NCBI GenBank assembly: GCA_963764165.1 | Contig: CAVXRD010000005.1 | Coordinates: forward strand, 29,651-93,650 | Length of the DNA: 64,000 bases | Direction of reading: 5' to 3' | Source: an uncultured Verrucomicrobiae bacterium | Lineage (GTDB): Bacteria > Verrucomicrobiota > Verrucomicrobiia > Limisphaerales > Palsa-1400 | Shown here: in pieces, positions 37,457 to 47,217 of the stretch | Layout: every line of letters starts with the position of its first letter | Numbering within the stretch: position 1 is the stretch's first letter | Notes under the pieces: generated by a model | What the model was told of the DNA's origin: nothing | The model's database searches: none | The model's input: the letters and a program-made list of their open reading frames with translations, nothing else | Position numbers and translations under genes: made by a program

Positions 37457-37551
37457 GGTTCTTTTTGGCCCTCGGATTTCTCGAAAAAACTTCCACTTGG
37501 ACAGCCTTTGTCCAAGCGCGTTTCGTAAATTGGTTCCAGAAAGTTGGAACT

Positions 37552-37767
37552 ATGAATGCGAAACAAGTCGATCAAATGGAGTTGGGACTCGAAGCCCGGG
37601 CGCGCCGGAATGCGAGTTACAAGAATCGCGCCAAGCAAAACCGGCAGCAGGCGAAGTGGTGGTTTTCACGGATGCGCCAAGTCGTGGGCTCGGCCATGGA
37701 ATGGGCGCCGGAAACAGAAGGGCGCCCTGTTCAGGCTTGCCTTGAGCTGGCACCCAAACAGTCGTGA
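37552..37767 (+). CDS. Small basic hypothetical protein
   Basis: 71 aa, QMELGL...AKWWFSRMRQVV..A.EW; clean ATG after palindromic upstream sites. Confidence 0.6.
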   Translation: MNAKQVDQMELGLEARARRNASYKNRAKQNRQQAKWWFSRMRQVVGSAMEWAPETEGRPVQACLELAPKQS

Positions 37768-37780
37768 TTCAATCCGGCGC

Positions 37781-37950
37781 AAGGGACGCCTCGCCGAGGC
37801 GTCCAAGGATGTGGCGTTCTTCCGGCGTGATCCATTGTCATCTTGCTTCTCCAATAGACGTTCCCGCATTCCCTGCGAAGTGCTTGGTGACAAATGCACG
37901 CGCCCGCAACGTGCCGCGCCCTCGGACGCCTCGGCGAGGCGTTCCTACCT
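37781..37950. repeat. GTAG-type REP doublet
   Basis: GGGACGCCTCGCCGAGGCGTCC ... GGACGCCTCGGCGAGGCGTTCCTACC in inverted orientation. Confidence 0.8.
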
Positions 37951-38013
37951 CGCTTCGCGACTGCTCGCAACCGTTTGGCTTGAGTTTTGGGGCAGGTGGA
38001 GTGATGTTGGGGC

Positions 38014-38235
38014 ATGGATTTTGTTACCGTGTCCAAGGCTGTCAGCGATGCTGAGGCGGAACTCGTCAAATCCCGCCTTGAAGCCAACGGCTTCTTTGTG
38101 AATCTCAAGACTGAAGATGACGCGGTCAGCTTCGGCTATGGCGCAGCCGTTGGCGGCGTCCAGGTTCAAGTGCCGGAAGAAGAAGCGGAAGATGCTCGCG
38201 CTTTGCTGGCTTCGATTGAGCCGGAGGCTTCGTGA
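38014..38235 (+). CDS. DUF2007-like (putative signal-transducing) small protein
   Basis: EAELVKSRLEANG...GGVQVQVPEEEAEDARALL. Confidence 0.8.
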   Translation: MDFVTVSKAVSDAEAELVKSRLEANGFFVNLKTEDDAVSFGYGAAVGGVQVQVPEEEAEDARALLASIEPEAS

Positions 38236-39593
38236 AAATAGCGCCCCTCCAGCGGCTCCTGCCGGCCGGGGAATTGTTGACTGATTCTCCCACGCTCGAA
38301 AAATACTCGGGTGACAAGTGGTTCGCCCGCCATCTTCCCGAAGCGGTCGCGCTTCCGACCAGCACGGAATCGGTCTCGCGCCTTCTGAAATGCGCTTGCA
38401 AACATGGCATTCCGCTGACGGCGCGCGGTGCGGGCTATGGATACGTCGGCGGCTGTGTTCCTGAACGCGGTGGAATTTTGCTCTCGCTCGAACGGATGAA
38501 TCGCATCAAGGAAATCAATTCCGGCGATTTTGTCGCGGTCGCGGAATCTGGTGTCATTCTCAAGACATTGCAGGACGCGGTGGAAGAGAAAGGAATGTAT
38601 TATCCGCCTGACCCGGCCAGCCGCGCGGATTGCAGCGTTGGCGGCACAGTGGCCACCAACGCCGGCGGACCGCGATGCCTCAAGTACGGCGTCACCCGCG
38701 ATTACGTCCTTGGAATGAAAGCGGTGCTGTCGGACGGCTGTGTGGTTGACTTGGGCAGCCGCACGCACAAGAATAAAACAGGTTTCGACTTGACGCGCTT
38801 GATGGTCGGCTCGGAAGGATTGCTGAGCATCATTACGGAAGTGACTTTGAAATTGATCCCGCTGCCGCCTTACCGCGCTTTGCTCGTGTCGGGGTTTGAT
38901 TCCATGAAGGCTGCGGCCCAAGCAATCAGGGCAGTTTTTGCCAACGGCTTTTTGCCGTGCGCCTTGGAAGTGGCAGACTCATTCACGCTGGAAGCCGCCG
39001 CCCGCCGGACGGGCAGCCAGCGCCTGGCCGGGTCGCGCGCTTTGCTCATGGTGGAATTGGATGGGCGCGCGAAATCCGTGCGCGGCGACGCGGCTGAACT
39101 GGCGAAATTGCTGCGCGATCAGAAGCCGGTTTTCGTGCAGAAGGCTTATGGGCCGGAGGAATGCGAGAAGCTGTGGGGATTGCGCCGCGAATTTTCCTAT
39201 GCCTTGCGCGACACCGGGCTTATCAAATTGAACCAGGACATCGCGGTGCCGCGCGGAAGGCTGGAGGATTTATTTGACTTCACCGCGCGATTGCAAAAGA
39301 AAACCGGCCTGCCCATTGCCTGCTTCGGGCACGCGGGCGACGGCAATATTCACGTCAATATTATGTATGACGCCAAGTGGCCCGACATTGAAGGCAGAAC
39401 GCGAGCTGCGCTTGACAAGCTTTTTAGCCAGGTGCTCGCGTGGGGAGGAGTAATCACGGGCGAACACGGGATAGGATTGGCCAAGAAGCCTTGGTGGCCA
39501 CTGGCCGTTTCACCCGCCGTGCAGGCCATGCACGCGAAAATAAAGGAATGCCTGGACCCAAAGGGCATTCTGAATCCAGGGAAATTCGTTTAG
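38232..39593 (+). CDS. FAD-linked oxidase, GlcD/D-lactate dehydrogenase family
   Basis: YPPDPAS, ATNAGGPRCLKYG, GSEG, GHAGDGNIH, GEHGIG, ILNPGK. Confidence 0.9.
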   Translation: MKIAPLQRLLPAGELLTDSPTLEKYSGDKWFARHLPEAVALPTSTESVSRLLKCACKHGIPLTARGAGYGYVGGCVPERGGILLSLERMNRIKEINSGDFVAVAESGVILKTLQDAVEEKGMYYPPDPASRADCSVGGTVATNAGGPRCLKYGVTRDYVLGMKAVLSDGCVVDLGSRTHKNKTGFDLTRLMVGSEGLLSIITEVTLKLIPLPPYRALLVSGFDSMKAAAQAIRAVFANGFLPCALEVADSFTLEAAARRTGSQRLAGSRALLMVELDGRAKSVRGDAAELAKLLRDQKPVFVQKAYGPEECEKLWGLRREFSYALRDTGLIKLNQDIAVPRGRLEDLFDFTARLQKKTGLPIACFGHAGDGNIHVNIMYDAKWPDIEGRTRAALDKLFSQVLAWGGVITGEHGIGLAKKPWWPLAVSPAVQAMHAKIKECLDPKGILNPGKFV

Positions 39594-39677
39594 AGCGTGT
39601 TCTGAAAACGCTCTGGGTTGAACGGAAGCCAGCTGCGAACAACTGGCAAAGCTTAACAACGAACCGACTGCGGTTGG

Positions 39678-40052
39678 TTAGCGATAACCGCCACCGCCGC
39701 GGCGCTCTCCGCCACCGCCACCGCCACGGTAACCACGGTCTCCGCCGCCGCCGCCGCCACCACCGCGATAGCCACGATCTCCACCGCCGCCGGGAGGACG
39801 TTCTTCACGCGGACGCGCTTCATTGACAGTGAGCGGACGGCCTTGGAAGTCCTTGGAATGGAACATCTGGATGGCTTTTTCCGCGTCTTCCTTGGAGGCC
39901 ATCTCAATGAAGGCGAAGCCCCGGGAACGACCTGTCATGCGGTCCTGCATAATGTTGACTGATACCACGACGCCTGCTTGCGCAAAATGATCTTGGAGGT
40001 CATTCTCTGTTGCCGTGAAGGTGAGGTTACCGACGAATAGTTTTGCTGACAT
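39678..40052 (-). CDS. RRM RNA-binding protein with Gly-rich tail
   Basis: RNP2 LFVGNL, RNP1 RGFAFIEM, VNEARPRE. Confidence 0.95.
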   Translation of the reverse strand: MSAKLFVGNLTFTATENDLQDHFAQAGVVVSVNIMQDRMTGRSRGFAFIEMASKEDAEKAIQMFHSKDFQGRPLTVNEARPREERPPGGGGDRGYRGGGGGGGGDRGYRGGGGGGERRGGGGYR

Positions 40053-40192
40053 ATAACTTTACTGTTGCCCCACTGGCTTTGAACGGTCCCCGACTTGGGC
40101 TTTTTACCGAACGTTCCGCTTTGGGACTAAGCTGAATAAGCCGACACTAGGGAAATGAATAAGTCAAATCAAGAAAAAAATTTGACAATCTG

Positions 40193-40897
40193 TCACTTCA
40201 ATTCTTGTTCCATCAAAACGACAAATTCCCCCTTGGGCGGCCTGGCCTTGAATTCAGCCAGCAATTCCGCGGGAGAGCCCCGGCGGAATTCCTCGAATTT
40301 CTTGGTTAACTCCCTTGCCAGAACCAACTTGCGCGTGGGATGCAAATCCGCCAATTCCTCCAGCAGCTTGACGATGCGGTAAGGCGATTCATACAAGACA
40401 AGCGTTCCAGGAATTGCCTTTAATTCCTCCAATTGCCGCCGGCGCTGCCCGCTTTTGTGCGGGAGAAAGCCCACAAAATGGAACTCATTTGTCGGCAATC
40501 CGCTGGCGGTCAGCGCCGCCACCAGCGCGCACGCGCCCGGCACGGACTCCACCCGGAGCCCCGCCGCAATCGCCGCCCCCACCACCCGCGAACCCGGGTC
40601 GCTGATGCCGGGGCTTCCGGCATCCGTCACCAGAGCCACCTTTTCGCCGCGCTTGAGCCGTCCCAGGATTTCCTCGCTGCGCCGCGCTTCGTTGAATTGG
40701 AAGTAGCTGAGCATCGGCTTGGAAATTTCAAAATGCTGCAAGAGCCGGCCCGTGTGGCGCGTGTCTTCGGCGGCGATGATGTCGCACTCGCGCAAGACGC
40801 GCAAAGCCCGGAAGGTGATGTCCTCGAGATTCCCGATTGGCGTGGCCACCAGATAGAGCGTCCCGCCCGTCAACGGGGGCAGCGTGCTGTCGCTCAT
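40193..40897 (-). CDS. rsmI: 16S rRNA (cytidine1402-2'-O)-methyltransferase
   Basis: LYLVATPIGNLEDIT.RA, AEDTR, DAGSPGISDPG, YESPYR, RELTKKFEE. Confidence 0.96.
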   Translation of the reverse strand: MSDSTLPPLTGGTLYLVATPIGNLEDITFRALRVLRECDIIAAEDTRHTGRLLQHFEISKPMLSYFQFNEARRSEEILGRLKRGEKVALVTDAGSPGISDPGSRVVGAAIAAGLRVESVPGACALVAALTASGLPTNEFHFVGFLPHKSGQRRRQLEELKAIPGTLVLYESPYRIVKLLEELADLHPTRKLVLARELTKKFEEFRRGSPAELLAEFKARPPKGEFVVLMEQELK

Positions 40898-40915
40898 AAT
40901 TTCTGGCGCCCCGCG

Positions 40916-42193
40916 TCAAGAGCGGGGCGTGACCGCCACCGGTAGGTAAATCGTGAAGGCCGTGCCCTTCCCCAGTTCGGAATGGACATGCAGGCAGCCC
41001 TTCGCCTCCCGCAGAAGGCGGTGGACGATGGCGAGCCCGAGGCCGGTGCCCTTGCCCGGCGCTTTGGTGGTGAAGTAGGGTTGGAAAATTCTCGGCATCA
41101 CCTCTGGCGGAATTCCCGGGCCGTCATCCGATACTGTCAACTGCAACAAGGGCGCCGAATTGGAGAAGCCCGGCCCCGTCAGGCTGCGGTCGGCGGGGCC
41201 GTCCATGAGGGCCTGGACCTCCACCGGCGTTTCCCGGATTTTGCCCGATATGTCCACCATGTGATTTTCAGTGGTCGACTGAAGGGCGTTGATGGCCAGG
41301 TTGAGCAGAATTTGAATAAGGTCAGTGCCGTTGATCTGCAATTCCACATCCTGCACCAGCGGATGAATCTTCAAGGCGTTCTGCGCCTTGCTCGGATGGA
41401 CGTTCAGCAGCTCGCGCAAATCGTCAAGTATTAGATTCAGGTTGATCCGGATCGGCGCCGCCGGCTGCTGCCGCATGAAGCTGAGGTAGCGATGCGAAAT
41501 TTCGATGCAATTGCTGACTTGCCGCGCGATGCGCCGCAGGCGGTCCTGCACCATCTCCACGTCGTCACCTTCCAGCCGTTTCACGTTGCTCATGCGCTGA
41601 TTGATGATCTGGACGAAGCCGGAGATGATCGTCAGAGGGCCGTTGATGTCGTGGATGATGCTGGCGTAAATTTCTCCGCGCGTCCGGGTGATTTCCTCCT
41701 GCAATCGCTGGTCGTGCAACTCGACCTGCAAGGCGGAAAGGCGGTCGTTGTTGCTGCGGATTTCCTCCGCAAAGGCATGCCGCTCCATCGCCGTCGCCAC
41801 GGATTTGCGGATGGTGGAGACATCGAACGGTTTGTTGAGATAATCGCACGCGCCCAGCCGGAGTGCCTGCCGGATGGTGTCCACCGTTTCGTAGGCGGTG
41901 AGCATGATGACCTCGATGGACGGCTGGATGGCTTTGAGCTTTTCCAAAAGCTCCGTGCCGCTCATGCCGTTCATGCGGATATCGAGCACGGCCGCGTTGA
42001 TTTTATTCTGGCGGGCCAGCGCCAGCGCATCCGGCCCGTTGGCGGCCAGGAGCAGGGAATAATCGTCCTTGAATACCACCCGGAGCGATTGCCGCGGGCC
42101 TTCTTCGTCATCAACGATCAGGAGCGTCCGCCGTGTTTTTTCCGGCGGCCGGCTCCCTTCAGAAGTGAATCCCGAAGTTAATGGTGAGTGCAT
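40916..42193 (-). CDS. Hybrid REC-histidine kinase
   Basis: LLIVDDE, LDIRM, IIHDINGPL, NLAINA, FTTKAPGKGTGLGL; start uncertain. Confidence 0.9.
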   Translation of the reverse strand: MHSPLTSGFTSEGSRPPEKTRRTLLIVDDEEGPRQSLRVVFKDDYSLLLAANGPDALALARQNKINAAVLDIRMNGMSGTELLEKLKAIQPSIEVIMLTAYETVDTIRQALRLGACDYLNKPFDVSTIRKSVATAMERHAFAEEIRSNNDRLSALQVELHDQRLQEEITRTRGEIYASIIHDINGPLTIISGFVQIINQRMSNVKRLEGDDVEMVQDRLRRIARQVSNCIEISHRYLSFMRQQPAAPIRINLNLILDDLRELLNVHPSKAQNALKIHPLVQDVELQINGTDLIQILLNLAINALQSTTENHMVDISGKIRETPVEVQALMDGPADRSLTGPGFSNSAPLLQLTVSDDGPGIPPEVMPRIFQPYFTTKAPGKGTGLGLAIVHRLLREAKGCLHVHSELGKGTAFTIYLPVAVTPRS

Positions 42194-43349
42194 TGCTAAA
42201 GAATTCATAAGAGCCATCCGCGTATCCGTCTCCCGAAATGGACCGCGACGGCCCCCACCCGAATTGATACGCCGCATCCAGACTGAACTGGTTCCACCGC
42301 TTGCCCACGCCGACGCTGAAAAGGTAGCGATCCGAGTCCGCCACCAGCGGGTTGAACGATCCGGATGGCGACGAATTCATGCTGTACATCCAGCCGCCGC
42401 TGACGCGCCAGCCGTCGCCCAGATAGCGCGTGGCTCCCAGATCCACCATCCAGCTTGGCTTCCAGTCGAAGGGCAGAGCCGGACCGTAAGGTTTGACATC
42501 CACGGTTTGCAGCGAGCTCCAATCCGTCCAATTTGCGTCGGCCTCGAAGTTCCATTTCTCCGTGGGGCGAAACGAATATCCAAAGTTTACGGATTTTGGG
42601 AAATGAAAGTCCGCCGAAACGGGTGTTCCGGGGAACGGCAGATTGCCGTGGCCGTTGTAATTCATTTCCGTCGCGCTGTGATACGCCACGCCGACGGAAT
42701 GCTGTTCCAAGAACTTGTACATGACGCCGAGCGTGTATCCGGCGCTGGTGGCGTTGCCGTGAAATTCGTCGACAAAAGGGACGAGAAATTTGAGTTCCGC
42801 GTCCGAGTAATTGAGCGTCGGGCCGGCGGCAATGGACAGGCCTTTGAAAATGTCCCAAGGAAGCTGCCATGCCAGCATGGGGGCAGCCGTGCCGTAATTA
42901 ATTTGCCCAGTGCGCTCCGGAAATGGCGATTTATCGGGCCAGTTCATTCGCAAGCCAAATGGCGAATACGTGCCAAAGCCCAGGGTGAGATGGTAATTCG
43001 TAAAGCTGACGCTGGAGAAAACTTGCGGAATGGCGGCCCACTGCGTTTTTGCATTAACGGAGCCGCCCGCTCCCGTGTAACGGTCGCTGTAAACGATGCC
43101 ATAAGCGCCGAGGCTCAAATTCATGCCGCTTAACTGCGACAGGCCGGCGGGATTGTAATAGACAGCGGCGGGGTCATCAGCCGTTGCGACGAAGGCGTTG
43201 CCACGGGCGGTGGCAAAGGCGTCCTGGTCGGGCAGCGTGATGCCCAAGCCGCGCGCAGTGCGGGATCCCCCGGCGAGGGTCAGCACGGAGGCCGCAGCGG
43301 TGATTGCGATTTGCGTTCGGCGGGTTCTTGTCAGTTTTAGGTTGTGCAT
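42159..43349 (-). CDS. FadL/OmpP1-family outer membrane transporter
   Basis: ARGNAFVATADDPAAVYYNPAGL, PFGL, C-terminal Phe. Confidence 0.9.
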   Translation of the reverse strand: MHNLKLTRTRRTQIAITAAASVLTLAGGSRTARGLGITLPDQDAFATARGNAFVATADDPAAVYYNPAGLSQLSGMNLSLGAYGIVYSDRYTGAGGSVNAKTQWAAIPQVFSSVSFTNYHLTLGFGTYSPFGLRMNWPDKSPFPERTGQINYGTAAPMLAWQLPWDIFKGLSIAAGPTLNYSDAELKFLVPFVDEFHGNATSAGYTLGVMYKFLEQHSVGVAYHSATEMNYNGHGNLPFPGTPVSADFHFPKSVNFGYSFRPTEKWNFEADANWTDWSSLQTVDVKPYGPALPFDWKPSWMVDLGATRYLGDGWRVSGGWMYSMNSSPSGSFNPLVADSDRYLFSVGVGKRWNQFSLDAAYQFGWGPSRSISGDGYADGSYEFFSNALTINFGIHF

Positions 43350-43687
43350 AACTGGCGTAGTCGACAGGAGACTACTGACAAAGAACCCTTTCGAGGACAA
43401 GGCAAATCTTCGCGAAATCTTAAATTCAGGTGCCCAAAAAATGTACACTCGTCTCCCACCGCCGCGGCATGGCTGGGCGGTTTTCGAGGGAAAGCCTCAA
43501 TTCAACCGCCCGGCACAGGCTGGATTTGTGTAACATATAATTACATAAATGAATGGGAATTATGTGAATAACGGGAATAATCCCGTGGAGCGAATCTTGG
43601 CAGGGCGAGGCTGCCATTCTTCCTATTTCTCCCATTCTTCCCATCCGAAGAGTGCCCGGCGGGAGCCTCGCCCAGCCGAGCGCCGCG

Positions 43688-45124
43688 CTATTCCAAGCCC
43701 GCCGGCGGAATGCGCCCGATCCACGCCCCCAAATCCTCCACCGTCCAATTGGGTTGGACGGAATTGAGGTGGTCGGCGGCGGCGCCGTGCTGCCACACGG
43801 CATAGCGGACGGCGAGCATCGCGTCGCGGCGCCATTCCGGCTGCGCCAGCAGTCCCGCAATGTAGCCAGCCAGCAAATCGCCGCTGCCGCCTTGCGCAAG
43901 AAATGGATTGCCGGAATTGTTGACAAAAATATCGCCCGTGGCGCGGCCAATCAGTGTTTGATGGCCTTTGAGCACGACAATGCAATTGAAGAATCTTTCG
44001 GACAATTTCCGCAGCACCGCCACGCGATTGCCCTGCACCTCGCTGATCGGAAGATGCAGCGTGCGGGCCGCCTCACCCGGGTGCGGCGTGATGACGCGGA
44101 CGGCTCCGTGCGGCGGCGGGCGCTGTTCCAGCCACTCAATGGCGCTGGCGTCGACGACCATTGAAATGGGGGAGGTGCGCCAAAGGTCACGCGACATGCC
44201 TTTGACGCTGGAGGGCAGATTTTCCGCCGCCAATCCCGGCCCGACGAGAATGGAACTGCAATTTTTGGGCAGCACGATGGTGTCCCGCCAGGGATGAACC
44301 ATGGCCGATTGCAATTGGGTGGCCACAGCGCCGTAAGTCAGTTCCTGCGCATAGACGCTCACCAGCCCGGGATGAGCCCGCCGGGCGCCAATCGCGCAGA
44401 GGACCGCCGCGCCGTGATAACCCAGGCTGCCCGCCACGATGGCGACATGCCCGAAATCCCCTTTATTTGACACAACAGGGCGCCTGGGTGGAAGCCCGGC
44501 AAAATCCGATGGCAGCGTCCATTTTAATTCCGCCTCCGGCGGGCCGCCAGCCAGCCCGACATTCGAGATGACTTCGACTCTTCCGGTAAACGCCGGGCCA
44601 AGGAGCAATCCTTTCTTTGGAGCGCCGAGGGTCAACGTAATCGCGGCCTCGACCGCCGCTCCCTCGGGTTTTCCGGTGTCGGCGTTCAACCCCGATGGTA
44701 CGTCCACCGCCACAACGGGGAGGTCAGCGGCATTGATGGCGGTGACCAACGCTTGCCAATCGGGATCCAGAGGACGGTCAAGGCCGATTCCGAAAAGCGC
44801 GTCAATGATCCACAGTGGTTTCTCCGGGTCTCGGTCCTTCAAGGCCGCGGTAAAATCAGAGAGGCCATGTTTGGGATTTTCGACGCTGGTCAAAACAACC
44901 TCGCGGCCGGCAAGGTGAGGCTGGGCCGCCCGCGCGTCGTCGCCGTTGTGCCCTTTGCCGGCCAGGATCCATATTTTATCGTTTGGCCTCGTGAGTTGGA
45001 GGATGCGTGCGGCCAATTGGGACCCCGCGTTTTGGATCACGTCCGATTCCTTTTTGCCGGCGTCCCAGGAGGCTTTTTCCCACTGGCGCATCTGTTCCGT
45101 TGAGATGACCGATATCTTTGACAA
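43688..45124 (-). CDS. nnr: Bifunctional NAD(P)HX epimerase/dehydratase
   Basis: GKGHNGDD, DALFGIG, DVPSG, NKGDFG, TPHPGEA, GGSGDLLAG; TTG start at 45124. Confidence 0.93.
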   Translation of the reverse strand: MSKISVISTEQMRQWEKASWDAGKKESDVIQNAGSQLAARILQLTRPNDKIWILAGKGHNGDDARAAQPHLAGREVVLTSVENPKHGLSDFTAALKDRDPEKPLWIIDALFGIGLDRPLDPDWQALVTAINAADLPVVAVDVPSGLNADTGKPEGAAVEAAITLTLGAPKKGLLLGPAFTGRVEVISNVGLAGGPPEAELKWTLPSDFAGLPPRRPVVSNKGDFGHVAIVAGSLGYHGAAVLCAIGARRAHPGLVSVYAQELTYGAVATQLQSAMVHPWRDTIVLPKNCSSILVGPGLAAENLPSSVKGMSRDLWRTSPISMVVDASAIEWLEQRPPPHGAVRVITPHPGEAARTLHLPISEVQGNRVAVLRKLSERFFNCIVVLKGHQTLIGRATGDIFVNNSGNPFLAQGGSGDLLAGYIAGLLAQPEWRRDAMLAVRYAVWQHGAAADHLNSVQPNWTVEDLGAWIGRIPPAGLE

Positions 45125-45608
45125 GCCACGCAGTTTAAGGCGGTTGCGGGCAGCGCGCAATATCATTTTGCCGAAAGGCAGGAAGCCACAGATTGACACA
45201 GATCAACACCGATAAAACAACGGCGAAAACGAGCATTCATATGAGCTGGGTTCGATCACGTCGGCGGGTCGGAATCAGTTCATCGAAGCCTTTTTCAGAA
45301 AATCTGCAGACCTGACCGTTGTGAACCCAAGGGACAGCTCAATAATCCAGAAGCCGACTAAAACGCGCTTCCATCCCAGCCATGTCATCGTGTGCCGTTT
45401 CTCTGTATTCGTTGTTATTATTACGGGATGAATTTGAATCCTGGCGCCTAGATTGGCTCGCCGCTTTTTGCTGAATTTTTTGCGGATTTTGCCGCAAGGC
45501 ATTTGCCGGGAAGCAAAATTCAACCAGCAATGGACAAGGATGGGGTAGCTGCTTTGGGGCATTCTGGCAAATTGATGCCGAACAAGAAGTGAAGCCGAAG
45601 GAACTAAT

Positions 45609-46499
45609 ATGTCCGCGAAATTATGTGCCATTGACGAAGCAAAGCCGCAAGGCGGAGCGAGATTGGAGACGGCTTTTGGCTGTCCACGCAATTTTCTCGG
45701 GAACCGCTTTGTCTATGTCGTGATCTCGCCCAGGGCGCGCGGGCTTTCCATAGGCCTCAATATGAACCCGGACAAGTTTTGCAATTTCGATTGCGTGTAT
45801 TGCGAGGTGCATCGAAATATCCGGCCCACCGAATCCGAACTGGACACGGCCGTCATGGCGGCGGAATTGGAGAGGACGCTGTTGCTGATCCAATCGGGCG
45901 GCATTCGGCAATGCGCCGGTTTCATCGGCATCAGCCCGGAATTGCTTCGGCTGCGCCACGTTGCATTCAGCGGTGACGGCGAGCCGACTTTATGCCCGAA
46001 TTTTGCCGAGGCGGCGCAGTCGGTGGTGCATGTGCGGGCTTGCGGACTGCCTTTCTTCAAGATGGTTCTCATCACCAATGGCACAGGTCTGAACTTGCCG
46101 CAGGTCCAGGAGGGACTCCGATATTTCACCCGCGACGATGAGATTTGGTTCAAACTCGATGCCGGCACGCAGTCCTATATGGATCGAGTCAATCGCAGCG
46201 AAGTCCCGCTGGAGAAAATCATGGACAACGCGAGGTTAACCGGGCGGAAACGCCCGATTGTTATTCAAAGTTTGTTTCCGTTGATCGACGGCCAGGAACC
46301 TCCGGCGGAGGAGATTGAACATTACATCCAGCGCCTTCGCGAATTGAGAGATGCCGGGGCGATGATTTCGCTAGTTCAGATTTATTCGGCCACGCGGCCC
46401 ACTCCAAATTCTGAATGCGGCCATCTTCCTCTTCCACGCCTGGCCGCCATTTGCCAGCGCATCAAACTCGAGACTGGATTGAAGTCGGAAGTGTTTTGA
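45609..46499 (+). CDS. Radical SAM protein
   Basis: CNFDCVYC, FSGDGEPTL, ITNGT, KLDAG. Confidence 0.9.
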   Translation: MSAKLCAIDEAKPQGGARLETAFGCPRNFLGNRFVYVVISPRARGLSIGLNMNPDKFCNFDCVYCEVHRNIRPTESELDTAVMAAELERTLLLIQSGGIRQCAGFIGISPELLRLRHVAFSGDGEPTLCPNFAEAAQSVVHVRACGLPFFKMVLITNGTGLNLPQVQEGLRYFTRDDEIWFKLDAGTQSYMDRVNRSEVPLEKIMDNARLTGRKRPIVIQSLFPLIDGQEPPAEEIEHYIQRLRELRDAGAMISLVQIYSATRPTPNSECGHLPLPRLAAICQRIKLETGLKSEVF

Positions 46500-46534
46500 G
46501 AACAGCGGCGCCAGTCATCAAAAAGAAGCGTTCT

Positions 46535-47215
46535 TCATTGGCCTGCGCCTTCCGATTCGACCCACCTGACAGCATAGTGGATCAATTCAGACATGCTGTG
46601 CAATTTAAGCTTCGCCTTGATGTTGGCGCGATGAACCTCAACGGTTTTGGCGCTCAGGTGAAGCTTCTCGGCCATTCGTTTGGTTTCAAGCCCTTGGCCG
46701 ATGAGCCGAAACACCTCGAACTCACGGTCCGTCAGATTTTCCACCGGCGAGGCGGCCGAATCCGGGCGGCGCCCGGAGAAAATTTCCAGGATTTTTGACG
46801 ACATTTTTTCGCTGACGTGAATTTGCCCGTCCAAGACGCGCCGGATGGCCTCGGCAATTTTTTTCCCTCCTTCCTGTTTCATAACGTAACCGCGCGCACC
46901 GGCCCGCAAGACCCGCTCCGTGTACAGCAGCTCGTCGTGCATCGAGATGACCAGCACCCGGACCTGCGGGTGCATCGCCTGAATGTCCTTGATCAATTCC
47001 AACCCGTTTTTTCCGGGCAAGGTAATATCGCTCAGGACAATGTCAGGTTTCAGAGATGCTATCTTTTCCATTGCTTCGCGCGCGTCTCCAGCTTCGCCGC
47101 AAACTTGAAGATCCGGCTGGTTTGCTATCAGCGCAGCCAGGCCTTCCCGCGTCATGGGATGGTCATCCACGAGAAGCACTTTTTTCCTGGCTCGAGCTTT
47201 TTTTCGAGAAGTCAT
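46535..47215 (-). CDS. NarL/LuxR-family response regulator
   Basis: VLLVDDHP, LTDREFEVF, LSAKTVEVHRANIKAKL. Confidence 0.95.
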   Translation of the reverse strand: MTSRKKARARKKVLLVDDHPMTREGLAALIANQPDLQVCGEAGDAREAMEKIASLKPDIVLSDITLPGKNGLELIKDIQAMHPQVRVLVISMHDELLYTERVLRAGARGYVMKQEGGKKIAEAIRRVLDGQIHVSEKMSSKILEIFSGRRPDSAASPVENLTDREFEVFRLIGQGLETKRMAEKLHLSAKTVEVHRANIKAKLKLHSMSELIHYAVRWVESEGAGQ

Positions 47216-47217
47216 TT

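Noticed and set aside
39685..39795. CCGCCA repeats
   Set aside because: Encode the Gly-rich tail of the RRM protein
45185..45215. CACAGAT-type short repeats (also ~36955 and ~29680)
   Set aside because: Too short and degenerate to define an element from this window alone
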